Numbered from the stretch's first letter, positions 38,741 through 50,629 are shown. The stretch: 64,000 nt of DNA from Alphaproteobacteria bacterium (GCA_964291215.2 OZ219791.1:2976001-3040000), one strand, 5' to 3'. Numbers and translations are program-made. The notes: generated by a model not told the origin, from the letters alone.

Positions 38741-40774
38741 ATGAGTGACGCTACGCGCTGCGCCGCGATCGTCGGCCCCTACCTGAGCGGCAAGACGACC
38801 CTTCTCGAGAGTCTCCTGTTCATGGCGGGCGCCATCCACCGCAAGGGCTCCATCAAGGAGGGCAACACGGTCGGCGACTCCTCGGAAGAGGCGAGGACCC
38901 GGCAGATGAGCACGGAAATGACCGCGGCCAGCATGACCTATCTTCGGGACGACTGGGCGCTCCTCGACTGCCCGGGCTCTGTCGAGCTGATGCAGGACGC
39001 GCTGAACGCGCTCGATGTCGCCGACATCGCGGTGATGGTCATCGAGCCGCTCGAAAGCCGGATCGCGACTTTGTCGCCGCTCTTCAAGGCGCTCGATTCC
39101 CGCGACATCCCCCACATGGTCTTCATCAACAAGGTCGATACCATCACCGAATCGGTGGCGGATGTCGTGACCGGGCTGCGCGAGGTCGCCAACTGTCCGC
39201 TTCTGCTTCGGGAATATCCGATCGTCACCGGCGAGTCCGTCACCGGCTATGTCGATCTCATCAGCCGCCGGGCATACAGCTATGTCGAGGGCCAGGAATC
39301 CGCCGAAATCGAGCTTCCTGCCGACCTTTCCGACGAGATCGAGCTGGCGCGGACGGAAATGCTCGAAGTCCTCGCCAACTTCGATGACGCGATCCTGGAG
39401 ATGCTGCTCGAGGACCAGACACCGGACGTCGACGAGATCTACGAGAAGGTCGGCGGCGCCTTGGGCGACGGACATCTCGTGCCGGTGTATTTCGGATCGG
39501 CGGAACGCAATTTCGGCATTCGGCGCCTGCTCAAGGCGTTGCGCCACGATACTCCCGGTCCCGGGCGGCGGGCTGCCGCGCTGGGCCTGGAAGGCGACGA
39601 CGATGCCACGGTGCAGGTCTTCAAGACCTACCATGCCCAACACAGCGGCAAGATCTCGCTGGGGCGGGTCTGGCGCGGCGAGATCAGCGATGGCCAGACC
39701 CTTTCCGGCAGCCGCATCGGGGGGGTGCAGAAGTTCCTCGGCGGCCAGATCGAGAAGGTCGAACGGGCGGGCTTTGGCGCTGTCGTCGGCCTCGGTCGCA
39801 TGGAAGCCGTGCGTACCGGAGACGCCCTGTCCGCTTCCGCATCGGAGCCCGACCGTTCGCGCTGGAGCGATCCTCTGGTTCCGGTCTATTCGCTGGCCAT
39901 CAGCTCTGCGAACAGGAACGACGAGGTCAAGCTGACCAGCGGGCTGCAGCGTCTGAACGAGGAGGACCCCTCGCTGATCTATGTGCAGAACGACGAGACC
40001 CATGAATTGGTTCTCATGGGCCAGGGCGACATCCATCTGCAGATTGCGCTGGAAAAGCTGCAGTCGAAGTACAGCGTGTCGGCGAACTCGACGCAGCCGA
40101 GCGTGTCGTACAAGGAGACCATTCGCAAGCCGGTAACCCAGAAGGGACGCTTCAAGCGTCAGACCGGCGGGCACGGCATGTTCGGGGATGTCACTGTCGA
40201 CATAGCGCCGCTTGCCCGGGGCGGCGGCTTCGAGTTCTCGGACAAGATCGTCGGCGGTGCCATTCCCCGACAGTACATTCCGGCCGTCGAGGCCGGAATC
40301 CGGGAATTCTCGGTCGAGGGACCGCTCGGTTTCCCGGTGGTCGATTTCACTGTCACCCTGACCGACGGCCAGTTCCATTCGGTCGACAGCAACGAGATGT
40401 CGTTCAAGCTTGCCGCCCGTGTCGCCATGACGGAGGGGTTGCCCAAGTGTGCGCCCGTGCTGCTCGAGCCGATTGCCAAGGTGACGATCGACGTGCCGTC
40501 CGAACACACCAACAAGGTGCACGGGCTCGTCAGCAGCAAGCGCGGGCAGATTCTGGGATTCGAGGCGAAGGGGGGCTGGAAGGGCTGGGATTCGCTGCAC
40601 AGCTACCTGCCCGAATCCGAGATCATAGACCTGATCGTCAAGTTGCGTTCGCTGACCCAGGGAGTCGGAACCTATACGGCCGAGTTTGATCACCTCCAGG
40701 AGTTGACGGGCCGGCTCGCCGACGACATAGTCGAGCGCCGGGCGGCGCAGCGCGAGGAGCAGCGCACTAGCTGA
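38741..40774 (+). CDS. Elongation factor G paralogue (EF-G-like)
   Basis: GPYLSGKTT, DCPG, NKVD, EEDPS, MGQGDIHL, YKETI, QTGGHG, HSVDS and LLEP. Confidence 0.9.
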   Translation: MSDATRCAAIVGPYLSGKTTLLESLLFMAGAIHRKGSIKEGNTVGDSSEEARTRQMSTEMTAASMTYLRDDWALLDCPGSVELMQDALNALDVADIAVMVIEPLESRIATLSPLFKALDSRDIPHMVFINKVDTITESVADVVTGLREVANCPLLLREYPIVTGESVTGYVDLISRRAYSYVEGQESAEIELPADLSDEIELARTEMLEVLANFDDAILEMLLEDQTPDVDEIYEKVGGALGDGHLVPVYFGSAERNFGIRRLLKALRHDTPGPGRRAAALGLEGDDDATVQVFKTYHAQHSGKISLGRVWRGEISDGQTLSGSRIGGVQKFLGGQIEKVERAGFGAVVGLGRMEAVRTGDALSASASEPDRSRWSDPLVPVYSLAISSANRNDEVKLTSGLQRLNEEDPSLIYVQNDETHELVLMGQGDIHLQIALEKLQSKYSVSANSTQPSVSYKETIRKPVTQKGRFKRQTGGHGMFGDVTVDIAPLARGGGFEFSDKIVGGAIPRQYIPAVEAGIREFSVEGPLGFPVVDFTVTLTDGQFHSVDSNEMSFKLAARVAMTEGLPKCAPVLLEPIAKVTIDVPSEHTNKVHGLVSSKRGQILGFEAKGGWKGWDSLHSYLPESEIIDLIVKLRSLTQGVGTYTAEFDHLQELTGRLADDIVERRAAQREEQRTS

Positions 40775-40898
40775 CCGGAAGCCCCCCGGGGGTTGCATCG
40801 GGAACAGGCCAGCAGCCGATTCGCCTTGGCGGGGGATCGCCCGGTGGGACTGTCGTATAGTGCGCTTCCGGCCCGCATTCCGCGCATGAAGACGCCCC

Positions 40899-42653
40899 AT
40901 GAACGTATTTCGCCTGTTCCGCGCCGAGATAGAAGCCTCGCTCCGGGCGATGGCTGCTGCTGGTGACCTTCCGTCCGACCTTGCCTTCGACCGCATTTCG
41001 GTCGAGCCGCCGCGCGACCCGGCGCACGGCGACATTTCCTCGAACGCGGCGATGGTCCTCGCCCGCGCCGCCGGGTGGAAGCCACGTGAACTTGCGGCGC
41101 GCCTTGCGACGATGCTTGAGGCCGGGAGCAAGGTGGACGCTGCCGAGGTCGCTGGCCCCGGCTTCATAAACCTTCGCGTCCCGAGATCCGTGTGGCAGTC
41201 CTGTGTGGGGGACATTCTCGAGGCCGGAGTTGGCTACGGCGATTCGACGATCGGAGCCGGACGGGCAGTCAACGTCGAGTACGTATCGGCGAACCCGACT
41301 GGTCCGATGCATGTCGGCCATGCCCGTGGCGCGGTGATCGGAGATGTGCTCGCTGCGCTCTTCGACAAGGCCGGATACAGGGTTACCCGCGAATACTACG
41401 TCAATGACGCCGGCGCACAGGTCGATGCGCTCGCGCAGTCCGTGCTGCTCCGCTATCGGCAGGCGCTCGGCGAGGAGATCGGCGAAATACCCGAAGGGTT
41501 GTATCCCGGCGATTACCTGGTGGCTGTCGGTGAGGCGTTGGCCGAGCGTGACGGCGACCGCTGGGCCGGTGCGCCGGAAGTGGATGCGCTGCCCGAAATC
41601 CGCGACTTTGCCGTCGACGCGATGATGGCAGCGGTCCGCGACGATCTTGCGGCTCTGGGAATCCGCCATGACGTGTTCCGCTCGGAACGGGAGCTGCACG
41701 AGGATGGAGCGATCGGGCGGGTGACCGAAGACCTTGAACGGCGCGGCCTTGTCTATCTTGGAACCATCGAGGCGCCCAAGGGGCGGCATTCGGAGGACTG
41801 GGAAGCGCGCGAGCAGCTATTGTTTCGAGCGACCGGGTTCGGTGACGACAGCGATCGCCCGCTGCGGAAATCCGACGGCAGCTGGACCTATTTCGCCGCC
41901 GACATGGCCTACCATCTTGACAAGTTCCGGCGCGGCTTTGCCGAAATGATCGATGTCTGGGGTGCCGATCACAAGGGATATGTGAAACGGATGCGGGCTG
42001 CGGTCGAGGCGATCACCGATGCCGGAGCGTCGCTTGACGTGCGCATCTGCAATCTCGTCAACCTCTTCGAAAGCGGCCGGCCGGTGAAGATGTCGAAGCG
42101 TACCGGCACGTTCGTGACGCTGCGCGAGGTGGTCGACGAGGTCGGTGCGGACGCGGTGCGCTTCATGATGCTGACGCGTTCGAGCGAGGCGGCGCTGGAT
42201 TTCGATCTCGCTGAGGTCGTCGCCCAGTCTCGCGACAATCCCGTATTCTATGTCCAGTATGCCCATGCGCGGGCCTGTTCAATCCTGCGCAATGCGAAGG
42301 ACGTGTTCCCGGCGCTCGCCACCGGCGATTCCGAGCTTGCCGGCGCCGACCTGTCGCTGCTCGAAGACGATGCCGAGCTTGCCCTCGTTCGCCTGCTTGC
42401 GGGATGGCCGCGGCTGGTGGAGACGGCGGCGTCGGCGCGTGAACCGCACCGCGTCGCCTATTATCTGCGCGATGTCGCCGGTGCGTTTCACGGCCTTTGG
42501 AACAAGGGCAACGACAACCCGGAGCTGCGTTTTCTTGTCGCCGATGACGAAGCGTTGACCCGGGCGCGTCTGGCGCTTGTCCGGGCCGCGGCGGTGGTCG
42601 TGGCGTCGGGACTCGCGGTCATCGGCGTGCGGCCGGCGGAGGTAATGCGCTGA
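40899..42653 (+). CDS. argS: Arginine--tRNA ligase
   Basis: [26 protein letters not shown] and YVQYAHAR. Confidence 0.97.
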   Translation: MNVFRLFRAEIEASLRAMAAAGDLPSDLAFDRISVEPPRDPAHGDISSNAAMVLARAAGWKPRELAARLATMLEAGSKVDAAEVAGPGFINLRVPRSVWQSCVGDILEAGVGYGDSTIGAGRAVNVEYVSANPTGPMHVGHARGAVIGDVLAALFDKAGYRVTREYYVNDAGAQVDALAQSVLLRYRQALGEEIGEIPEGLYPGDYLVAVGEALAERDGDRWAGAPEVDALPEIRDFAVDAMMAAVRDDLAALGIRHDVFRSERELHEDGAIGRVTEDLERRGLVYLGTIEAPKGRHSEDWEAREQLLFRATGFGDDSDRPLRKSDGSWTYFAADMAYHLDKFRRGFAEMIDVWGADHKGYVKRMRAAVEAITDAGASLDVRICNLVNLFESGRPVKMSKRTGTFVTLREVVDEVGADAVRFMMLTRSSEAALDFDLAEVVAQSRDNPVFYVQYAHARACSILRNAKDVFPALATGDSELAGADLSLLEDDAELALVRLLAGWPRLVETAASAREPHRVAYYLRDVAGAFHGLWNKGNDNPELRFLVADDEALTRARLALVRAAAVVVASGLAVIGVRPAEVMR

Positions 42654-43471
42654 TGGTGCGAAACGACCGGGTGGGCGCGGATAAAAGGCTTCCTGCGAGC
42701 GGTGACGGTCCGCCGTCGCCCGGACATCCGCTGCAGTTGCGCCTTGCAAGAACGCTGATCGCCGCAGCGGTTGTTCTTGCCGTCGGCGGGATTGCTACGG
42801 TCGTGGTTCGCATCGGCGGCGGCGACCCTGGCCGTCCGCCGCTGGTTGCGGCGCCGGCCGGATCGTTCAAGGCCCGGCCGGCCGATCCCGGCGGTGCCAC
42901 GATCCCTGACCGCGACAAGGAGATCTTCGAGCGTCTTGACGGCCGCGGACCGCGGTCAGCGGAACGGCTTCTTCCGCGGCCGGAAGAGCCCCTCCGCAAC
43001 CGGATCAAGAGCGCCAGCGCGCCGGCCGCTGCACCTGCCAGGGGTGCGGCCGGGGAAGCGACGGCGCCGATACCCGAGACGCCGGCAGCGGTCCCGGCAA
43101 CCGATCCCGCGGTTTCCCCGGGGATGCCGAAGAAGCCTGCACCGCGCCCGTCGGTTTCCGAAGAGGTGCCGAAGAATGCTGCACTGCAGCCGCGGGCAGT
43201 TGCGGACCCCCATCCGGACGGCCGCTTCATGGTCCAGTTGTCCTCGTTGCGTTCGGAGGGTGCGGTTCGCCGGGCATGGCTGGACCTGCAGCAGCGTCAC
43301 CGGGATCTTCTCGGCGGGTTATCGCTCTATATCCGGCGGGCCCTGCCGGCTGGCGAGAAGCAGGCCTTCTACCGCATGCGTGCCGGGCCGCTGTCAACGC
43401 GGAAGGCTGCAAAGGACCTGTGTTCGCGCCTCAAGGCCCGCCGGCTCGATTGCCTGGTCGTCAGCCGTTGA
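42653..43471 (+). CDS. SPOR-domain membrane protein (FtsN-like)
   Basis: TM segment, PADPGG, Pro-rich linker and C-terminal VQLSS..YRMRAGP..LC..LK...DC; conserved position after argS. Confidence 0.85.
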   Translation: MVRNDRVGADKRLPASGDGPPSPGHPLQLRLARTLIAAAVVLAVGGIATVVVRIGGGDPGRPPLVAAPAGSFKARPADPGGATIPDRDKEIFERLDGRGPRSAERLLPRPEEPLRNRIKSASAPAAAPARGAAGEATAPIPETPAAVPATDPAVSPGMPKKPAPRPSVSEEVPKNAALQPRAVADPHPDGRFMVQLSSLRSEGAVRRAWLDLQQRHRDLLGGLSLYIRRALPAGEKQAFYRMRAGPLSTRKAAKDLCSRLKARRLDCLVVSR

Positions 43472-44514
43472 CGACAGGTGGCAGGACGCGCCGCCTGCCG
43501 CCGAAAGCGGTTGTCTTCGGCTGTTCCGGGACGGTCCTCAATGCGGAGGAGTGGCGGTTCTTCGAGGAAAGCCGGCCTCTCGGCTTCATCCTGTTCGGGC
43601 GCAATATCGCGAGCGCCGGACAGGTCAGGAAACTTGTTGCGGACCTGCGCCACGCGGTCTCGAGGCCCGACGCGCCTGTCCTGATCGACCAGGAAGGCGG
43701 GCGTGTCCAGCGGCTCGGGCCTCCCTGCTGGCCACGGCGCCCGGCCATGCGCTTGTTCGGCCAGGCCATGGCCCGTGATCCCGAAGGTGCTGTCGCGTAC
43801 GCGCGCCTCAATGCGGAACTGATCGCTGCCGATCTCCGGGCGCTGGGAATTGATGTCAATTGCGCCCCTGTTCTTGACCTCGATCTGCCCGAGGGTCACG
43901 ACGTGATCGGCGACCGGGCGTTTTCCGACGATCCCGCGGTGGTGGCGGCACTCGGAGGTGCGGTTTGCGAGGGGCTGATGTCGGGCGGCGTCATTCCGGT
44001 CATCAAGCACCTGCCGGGCCATGGCCGCGCAACCGTTGACAGCCATGTCGGCCTGCCGCGCGTCCGGACCCCGGCCGGGCTGTTGTCGGCCACCGATTTC
44101 GCGCCGTTTGCGGCGCTCTCCGAGGCGGTGGCCGGAATGACGGCGCATGTCGTCTACGAGGCTATCGACGGCTCTGGCCCGGCAAGCACGTCCGGGGCCG
44201 TCATCGCCCGGACCATCCGGCAGGATATCGGCTTTGGCGGTCTTCTCCTTTCAGACGACATATGCATGAAGGCCTTGACGGGCTTGCCGGAGGAACGTGT
44301 TGCTGCCGTCCTTGATGCCGGTTGCGACATTGCACTTCACTGCGACGGTAATCTCGCCGATATGCGGGCCGTTGCGGAAGCCTGTCCGGCGATGACCGCG
44401 GACGCCGTGGCGCGGCTGGAACGCGCTCGCCGTGCTGGCCGGCAGCAGCCTGGCGGGCATCACCGTGCGGATGCGGCGCGGCAGGTCGCGGCTTTCCTCG
44501 CCGCGGCAGGATAG
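43468..44514 (+). CDS. nagZ: Beta-N-acetylhexosaminidase
   Basis: LFGRN, DQEGGRVQRL, IKHLPGHG..DSH, MTAH and SDDI.M. Confidence 0.95.
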   Translation: MTTGGRTRRLPPKAVVFGCSGTVLNAEEWRFFEESRPLGFILFGRNIASAGQVRKLVADLRHAVSRPDAPVLIDQEGGRVQRLGPPCWPRRPAMRLFGQAMARDPEGAVAYARLNAELIAADLRALGIDVNCAPVLDLDLPEGHDVIGDRAFSDDPAVVAALGGAVCEGLMSGGVIPVIKHLPGHGRATVDSHVGLPRVRTPAGLLSATDFAPFAALSEAVAGMTAHVVYEAIDGSGPASTSGAVIARTIRQDIGFGGLLLSDDICMKALTGLPEERVAAVLDAGCDIALHCDGNLADMRAVAEACPAMTADAVARLERARRAGRQQPGGHHRADAARQVAAFLAAAG

Positions 44515-44612
44515 CCGGCAAACCGTCCATGTGATTCGTCCGACCGGCGGGGAAACCGGTATAGTCGATGTGATCGGGGTGCGCCTTCGGTCGGCGTTTG
44601 GCGAGAGGTGTC

Positions 44613-45398
44613 ATGGAACGGGAAATAGACCAGTTCGAGGAGGAACCTGCACGGGAAACACAGGATCTTGTGCTTGAGCTCGACGGTTTCGAAGGTCCTA
44701 TAGACCTCCTGCTGACCCTGGCGCGCCAGCAGAAGGTCGATTTGGCCCGGATCTCGATCCTGGAACTCGTGGAACAGTATCTGGTCTTCATTGCCGCCGG
44801 CCGGACGCTGCGGCTGGAGATCGCGGCCGACTATCTGGTCATGGCAGCCTGGCTTACTTATCTCAAGTCCCGCCTTTTGCTGCCGGAGCCGGAGGCCGAG
44901 GAGGAAGCGACCGCGCCCGAACTCGCGGCAGCGCTGGCATTCCGGCTCAGGCGCCTGGATGCGATGCGCAATGCGGGCGCGACGCTGCTCGCCATGCCGC
45001 GTCTCGGGCGCGACGTGTTCGCGCGCGGCGCGCCCGAAGGAATGAAGGTCGCCCGCACGCCGGTCTACGAGATCACGCTGTTCGAACTGTTGAAGGCCTA
45101 TGGCGACAATCGCCGGCGCATCTCTGCCACCTCGAATCTCACCATAGAGGCGTCGAAGCTGTATTCGCTCGATGACGCGATCGAGCGTTTGTCAAGCCTC
45201 GTGGGCGGGGTCAGGGACTGGACGACGCTGTCTTCATTCCTTCCCGACGGGCTGATGAAAGGATTGCTGCTGCGTTCGGCGGTCGCGTCGACGTTTGCGG
45301 CAAGCCTCGAGTTCGCGCGCACCGGGGCGATCCGGGTGCGCCAGTCGCGTCCTTTTGGTCCCATAATGATTCGCGGCAAGGAGGCTGCAGATGCCTGA
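44613..45398 (+). CDS. scpA: Segregation/condensation protein A
   Basis: FEGPIDLLL and ADYLVMAAWL..KSRLLLP. Confidence 0.95.
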   Translation: MEREIDQFEEEPARETQDLVLELDGFEGPIDLLLTLARQQKVDLARISILELVEQYLVFIAAGRTLRLEIAADYLVMAAWLTYLKSRLLLPEPEAEEEATAPELAAALAFRLRRLDAMRNAGATLLAMPRLGRDVFARGAPEGMKVARTPVYEITLFELLKAYGDNRRRISATSNLTIEASKLYSLDDAIERLSSLVGGVRDWTTLSSFLPDGLMKGLLLRSAVASTFAASLEFARTGAIRVRQSRPFGPIMIRGKEAADA

Positions 45399-46185
45399 AA
45401 TCACACAGGAGATCCGTATCGCCGAAGCATTGCTGTTTGCGGCGGCGGAACCGCTGAGCGAGGAATTTCTCGCCGAACGCCTGCCCGAGGGTTGTGATGT
45501 GGCGCAGGTTCTCGAGGACATACAGGCCCTCTACGAAGGGCGGGGTGTAAATCTCGCGCGGGCTGCGGGCAAGTGGTTCCTGCGGACCGCGGAAGATCTG
45601 TCGTCGTATCTCTCGATCGAACGCAAGGTGCGCCGCAAACCGTCCAACGCCGCGGTCGAGACCCTGGCGATCATTGCCTACCACCAGCCGGTTACCCGGA
45701 GTGAGGTCGAAGAGATACGCGGTGTCTCGGTGGGCAGGGGATCGTTCGATGTCCTGCTGGAGGCGGGTTGGATCCGGCCTGTCGGTCGCCGCCGCACCCC
45801 GGGGAGACCGACCACTTGGGGCACCACTCCCGCCTTTCTCCAGGAACTCGGCCTCGATTCGATTGCCGACCTGCCCGGTGTCGAGGAACTCAAGGCTGCG
45901 GGCCTGCTGGACACGCGCCCGGCAAGCGCGGTGATTTCCGGAGAGTCCGGGTTGGCACCTGAACCGCTGACAAGCAACGGCTCTGCGAACGATGCGGGCG
46001 CCGAGCATGCGGGGTTGGCTGGCGGCGGCAACGGATTCGCCGGCGAGGGCGAACGCGACGGCAGCTCGGACGATTACGTCTCTGAAGACGGTACCGGGCT
46101 CCCGATCACCGGGATTGGCATCGAGCCGCCGCTCGAATTGCGGCCGCTTGCGGACGCGCCGGCCGACCCTGCGCCGGTCTCCTGA
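45391..46185 (+). CDS. scpB: SMC-Scp complex subunit ScpB
   Basis: EALLF, ETLAIIAYHQPVTR.E..IRGV and PGRP..WGTT. Confidence 0.95.
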   Translation: MPEITQEIRIAEALLFAAAEPLSEEFLAERLPEGCDVAQVLEDIQALYEGRGVNLARAAGKWFLRTAEDLSSYLSIERKVRRKPSNAAVETLAIIAYHQPVTRSEVEEIRGVSVGRGSFDVLLEAGWIRPVGRRRTPGRPTTWGTTPAFLQELGLDSIADLPGVEELKAAGLLDTRPASAVISGESGLAPEPLTSNGSANDAGAEHAGLAGGGNGFAGEGERDGSSDDYVSEDGTGLPITGIGIEPPLELRPLADAPADPAPVS

Positions 46186-46232
46186 CGACGCAGTTTGCGG
46201 CCGCGGACTTCCCGCAATAGCCTGCGGTCGCA

Positions 46233-47318
46233 ATGACGGGTGATGGCGAAAACGGATCGTCGGGCCTCTCCGTTTCCGGGTTGAGGCACAGCTTCGGTTC
46301 TCGATGTGTGCTGGCCGATGTCGAACTGCACATCGAGCCGGGCGAGATCGTGTGTCTGCTCGGACCGTCGGGCTGCGGCAAGACGACAACGCTCCGCCTG
46401 ATCGCCGGACTCGAAACCCTTCAGGCCGGGCGCATCTCGTGGAATGGTGCCGTGCTCGCCGACGCCACGGGCGCGGTTCCGCCGGAGCAGCGTGGCGTCA
46501 GCCTTCTCTTCCAGGACTTCGCGCTCTTCCCCCATTTGACGGTGGCCCAGAATGTTGCATTCGGCCTTGTGGACATGGCCAAGAGCAAGCGCGACGAACG
46601 GATTCACGAGGTGCTCGAACAGGTCGGAATGCTGGACTATGCGGACACCTATCCGCACCGCCTGTCCGGAGGTGAACAGCAGCGCGTGGCGCTGGCCCGG
46701 GCCCGCGCGCCGCGCCCCCGGATCATTCTGCTGGACGAGCCGTTTTCCAATCTCGACACGCAGCGCCGCAACCAGCTTCGCGATCTCTGCCTTCACGTCC
46801 TCAAACGCAGCCAGTCGGCCTCGCTCGTGGTAACTCACAACGCCGAGGAAGCGATGTTCATGGCGGACAGGCTGGCCGTCATGCGCGACGGCGCGATCGT
46901 CCAAAGCGGATCGCCCGAGGAGATATATTTCAGGCCGTCAAGCATATTCGTCGCAGGCCTGTTCGGTGAGCTGAACGAGATCTCGGGACGAGTTGGCCAA
47001 GGTTGCGTCGAGACCCCGCTGGGTGCCGTCGAGGCCGGGCACATTGCGGATGGTACGGATGTGATCGTGCTTATCCGCCCGGAAGCAGTAGTGGTCATTG
47101 CGCCGGATGACGGTGCTGCTGTCGGCAGGGTGCTGGCGGCACGTTTGCTCGGACGCACCAGCCTGCTTCATCTTTCGGTGTCCGGCGATGGATCGCCGGA
47201 GCTGCATCTTCATGCGCGGGTTGCCGAACGCCGTCTCCCGCCCGAGGGATCGGTGGTGGGCTTGCGGTTGGACCGGCAGAGTGTCTTCGTGTTTCCGGCT
47301 GAAGAGGATCGCGCTTGA
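46233..47318 (+). CDS. ABC transporter ATP-binding protein (FbpC/PotA-like, TOBE domain)
   Basis: GPSGCGKT, FQDFALFPH, LSGGEQQR and LLDEP. Confidence 0.9.
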   Translation: MTGDGENGSSGLSVSGLRHSFGSRCVLADVELHIEPGEIVCLLGPSGCGKTTTLRLIAGLETLQAGRISWNGAVLADATGAVPPEQRGVSLLFQDFALFPHLTVAQNVAFGLVDMAKSKRDERIHEVLEQVGMLDYADTYPHRLSGGEQQRVALARARAPRPRIILLDEPFSNLDTQRRNQLRDLCLHVLKRSQSASLVVTHNAEEAMFMADRLAVMRDGAIVQSGSPEEIYFRPSSIFVAGLFGELNEISGRVGQGCVETPLGAVEAGHIADGTDVIVLIRPEAVVVIAPDDGAAVGRVLAARLLGRTSLLHLSVSGDGSPELHLHARVAERRLPPEGSVVGLRLDRQSVFVFPAEEDRA

Positions 47319-47531
47319 CGCCGGTTTTTCGCGTGTGCCATCCTGCCCAGGCCATCCGGGCCGATGCTAGGCAGGCGCGCTCGCCCGAGGCCGTCCCCAA
47401 AGGAACCCCGCTTTCGCATGGTCACGATCCCTCTTCGCGACGGGTAATGGCGGGCGGGTGAAATTGCAAGAGCGGTGTTTTTCTGCCATTGTCCGCCCCA
47501 TGATTCGTTGGAACGGTTCGGGAGCCCTCCG

Positions 47532-47768
47532 ATGGGAGCCTTTAGTATCTGGCACTGGCTGGTCATCCTGGTCGTCGTGGTCATCCTCTTCGGCGGCGGT
47601 GGCAAGCTGTCGCGGCTGATGGGTGATGCTGCGCGCGGCATCACCGCGTTCAGGAAGGGCCTGAAGGAAGAATCGCAGACGGCGAAGCCGGCGCCCGAAG
47701 CAATTGATGCGAAGAGTGACGAGATCGTTTCCGACAGCGTCAAGAAAGACGAGACCGCCAAAGGCTGA
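47532..47768 (+). CDS. tatA: Twin-arginine translocase TatA
   Basis: [26 protein letters not shown]. Confidence 0.95.
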   Translation: MGAFSIWHWLVILVVVVILFGGGGKLSRLMGDAARGITAFRKGLKEESQTAKPAPEAIDAKSDEIVSDSVKKDETAKG

Positions 47769-47808
47769 CAGACGGGCAGTGGCGTCGAGATGAAAGGAAG
47801 GCGCCGCC

Positions 47809-48312
47809 ATGTTGGACATCGGCGGTTGGGAATTCCTCCTGGTTGTCGTGCTTGGAATAATCGTGATCGGGCCGAAGGATCTTCCCGGCGCGATCCGGAC
47901 GGTCATGGCGTTCGTGCGCAAGGCGCGCGAGATGGCGCGTGAGTTCCAGTCCGGCCTCGAGGAAATCGCGCACGATACCGAACTGCAGAAGATCGCGGAG
48001 GAGGTCACGGGCGGCGTTTCCCCGAATGCCATTGGCGAGGAGTTGCGCCGGGATCTGGAACACACGATCGATCCCGACGGCGAAATGCGCGACTCCCTCG
48101 GCGACGGGCTGGATGAAGCCGAGCACGGACTTGAAGAGGCTATTCAGGCCGGTTACGACGGCGACCATGGGCTACCTGAAGCGGTGTCGGAAACCATGAC
48201 CGAAAGCAACGGAGCGTGTCCGGGCGATGCCGAGGACGAGATTGCGGCCGGGGACGACGCCCCCGCGGGCGGGGCTGGCGAAGCGCGTGACAAGGACGCG
48301 CCGGCGACATGA
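47809..48312 (+). CDS. tatB: Twin-arginine translocase TatB
   Basis: MLDIG..E....VIGPKDLP. Confidence 0.95.
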   Translation: MLDIGGWEFLLVVVLGIIVIGPKDLPGAIRTVMAFVRKAREMAREFQSGLEEIAHDTELQKIAEEVTGGVSPNAIGEELRRDLEHTIDPDGEMRDSLGDGLDEAEHGLEEAIQAGYDGDHGLPEAVSETMTESNGACPGDAEDEIAAGDDAPAGGAGEARDKDAPAT

Positions 48313-49130
48313 CCGACGAGGAGATTGACGACAAGCGAATGTCGCTTCTCGATCACCTGATCGAGTTGCGCACCCGCCTGATCTGGTCGTTTGCCGCCTT
48401 TATCGTTTTCTTCCTGGCGAGTTTCTTTTTTGCCCAGAACATCTATGACTTCTTTGTCCGTCCGCTGGCGACGGCGCTCGAAGGCCGGGAAGGCGCGCGT
48501 CTGATCTTCACGGCGCTCTACGAGCCGTTCCTGGCCCAGATCAAGGTTGCCTTCTATACGGCGCTGTTCGTGAGCTTTCCGATCGTTTCGATCCAGATGT
48601 GGATGTTCGTCGCGCCCGGCCTCTACCGCAAGGAAAAACGGGCCCTGCTTCCGTTTCTCGCCGCGACGCCGGTGCTGTTCTTTCTCGGCGGCGCGCTGGT
48701 GTATTTCTTCATCATGCCGCTGGCATGGGAATTCTTTCTGAATTTCCAGAGCGCCGGTTCCGAAGGTGCGCTTCCGGTCGAAGTCGAGCCCAAGGTCGAC
48801 CAGTACCTGTCGCTTGTCCTGCGGCTCATCTTCGCGTTCGGACTGGCGTTCGAACTGCCGGTCCTTCTCATCCTCCTTGCCCGCGTCGGCATTGTGACCG
48901 CCGACGGCCTGGCGGCAAAGCGGCGCTATGCGATCGTTGGCGTGTTCGTGCTGGCCGCCATCCTGACGCCGCCCGACGTTATCAGCCAGATCGGCCTCGC
49001 AGTTCCGATCATTCTTCTCTACGAGGTGTCGATTGTCGGTGCCCGAATGATCGAACGGCGGCGGGCGGCGGAATATGACGATCTTGACCTCGACGACACC
49101 GGCAGCGAGCCGGAGGCCGGCGCGGCGTAA
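48309..49130 (+). CDS. tatC: Twin-arginine translocase TatC
   Basis: [22 protein letters not shown] and TPPD. Confidence 0.96.
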   Translation: MTDEEIDDKRMSLLDHLIELRTRLIWSFAAFIVFFLASFFFAQNIYDFFVRPLATALEGREGARLIFTALYEPFLAQIKVAFYTALFVSFPIVSIQMWMFVAPGLYRKEKRALLPFLAATPVLFFLGGALVYFFIMPLAWEFFLNFQSAGSEGALPVEVEPKVDQYLSLVLRLIFAFGLAFELPVLLILLARVGIVTADGLAAKRRYAIVGVFVLAAILTPPDVISQIGLAVPIILLYEVSIVGARMIERRRAAEYDDLDLDDTGSEPEAGAA

Positions 49131-49161
49131 TCGCGGCGCTTTCCAAGCGGAAACTCCCTTC

Positions 49162-50448
49162 ATGCAAGATATCAAGTGGATTCGTGAGAACGTTGACGCC
49201 CTCGATCACGGCCTGGCGCGCCGCGGCATTCCGCCGCACGCGGCGAGGATCGTCGGGCTTGATACCGAGAGCCGCCGCATGACGACCGAGTTGCAGGAGT
49301 TGCAGACCCGCCGCAACGCGAATTCGAAGAAGATCGGTGCCCTGAAGGCGAGGGGCGAGGACGCATCTTCCCTGATTCGGGACGTCGCGGCGATCAAGGA
49401 CCAGGCGGGAGATCTTGAGGATGGCCTGAAACGGGTTTCGGAAGATATAGCCGAAATCCTGGCAAGCCTCCCCAATCTTCCCGAACCCGAAGTTCCCGAC
49501 GGCGAGGACGAGGGCGACAACGTCACGTTGCGCGAATGGGGCGAGCGCCCGGTGTTCGATTTCGAGGTTCGCGACCATGTCGAGCTCGGCGAAGGGGCGG
49601 GCCTTCTGGACATGGAGCATGCCGCCAGGATGTCGGGAGCGCGCTTTGCCGTGATGCGCGGGCCGCTCGCGCGCCTCGAACGGGCATTGGCGTCGTTTAT
49701 GCTCGATCTTCATACCGAAGAGTTCGGTTATACCGAGATAAGCCCGCCGCTGCTGGTCAGGGACGGCGCCGTTTTCGGCACCGGGCAGTTGCCGAAATTT
49801 GCGGAGGATCTGTTTCGAACCGGCACCGAGCACTGGCTCGTACCCACGGCCGAGGTGCCGCTGACCAATCTTGTGGCAGGCGATATCCTCTCCGAGGAAG
49901 AACTGCCGCTCCGTTTCACCGCACACACGCCGTGTTTTCGCTCGGAAGCCGGAGCGGCCGGCCGCGACACGCGCGGCATGATGCGCCAGCACCAGTTCTA
50001 CAAGGTCGAGCTCGTCAGCGTTTGCCATCCTGATTCGTCGGTGGACGAGCACGAGCGCATGACGGGCTGTGCGGAGGAAGTCCTGCGGCGGCTCCAGCTC
50101 CCCTATCGTGTGGTCAGCCTGTCGACGGGGGACCTCGGCTTCTCGGCCAGGAAGACATACGATCTCGAAGTCTGGATTCCCGGACAGGACCGCTACCGCG
50201 AGATCTCGAGCTGTTCGAACTGCGGCGATTTTCAGGCGCGGCGCATGGGCGCGCGCTATCGTCCGTCGGGCGGCAGGAGAACGGAATTCGTGCACACACT
50301 CAACGGCTCGGGACTCGCCGTCGGCCGCGCCGTGATCGCCGTGCTGGAAAACTACCAGCGCTCCGACGGCGCCGTCACCGTTCCCGATGTGCTCAGGCCC
50401 TACATGGGCGGCACCAAGATCATTCCCGCCGGAGACGCGGGGACATGA
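49162..50448 (+). CDS. serS: Serine--tRNA ligase
   Basis: [41 protein letters not shown] and TLNGSG. Confidence 0.97.
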   Translation: MQDIKWIRENVDALDHGLARRGIPPHAARIVGLDTESRRMTTELQELQTRRNANSKKIGALKARGEDASSLIRDVAAIKDQAGDLEDGLKRVSEDIAEILASLPNLPEPEVPDGEDEGDNVTLREWGERPVFDFEVRDHVELGEGAGLLDMEHAARMSGARFAVMRGPLARLERALASFMLDLHTEEFGYTEISPPLLVRDGAVFGTGQLPKFAEDLFRTGTEHWLVPTAEVPLTNLVAGDILSEEELPLRFTAHTPCFRSEAGAAGRDTRGMMRQHQFYKVELVSVCHPDSSVDEHERMTGCAEEVLRRLQLPYRVVSLSTGDLGFSARKTYDLEVWIPGQDRYREISSCSNCGDFQARRMGARYRPSGGRRTEFVHTLNGSGLAVGRAVIAVLENYQRSDGAVTVPDVLRPYMGGTKIIPAGDAGT

Positions 50449-50629
50449 CGGTTGCCGGGCATTCGGTCCGCGAACTGCTGCCGCCGTTTCCGGAAGCGGG
50501 CAGTGCGCAGGAACTGCCTGCCGTGCGGCACCGACCGGACGACCGGCACAAGCGGAGCGCTGCTGCCCGGGCTGCTGCGCCGTTACCTGTCGCCGGTTCC
50601 GGGCTCGCCACTTTTCGGGCCAGCGATTC

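Noticed and set aside
40778-40800. CCCCCCGGGGG palindrome as terminator after the EF-G paralogue
   Set aside because: No proper loop or U-tract.
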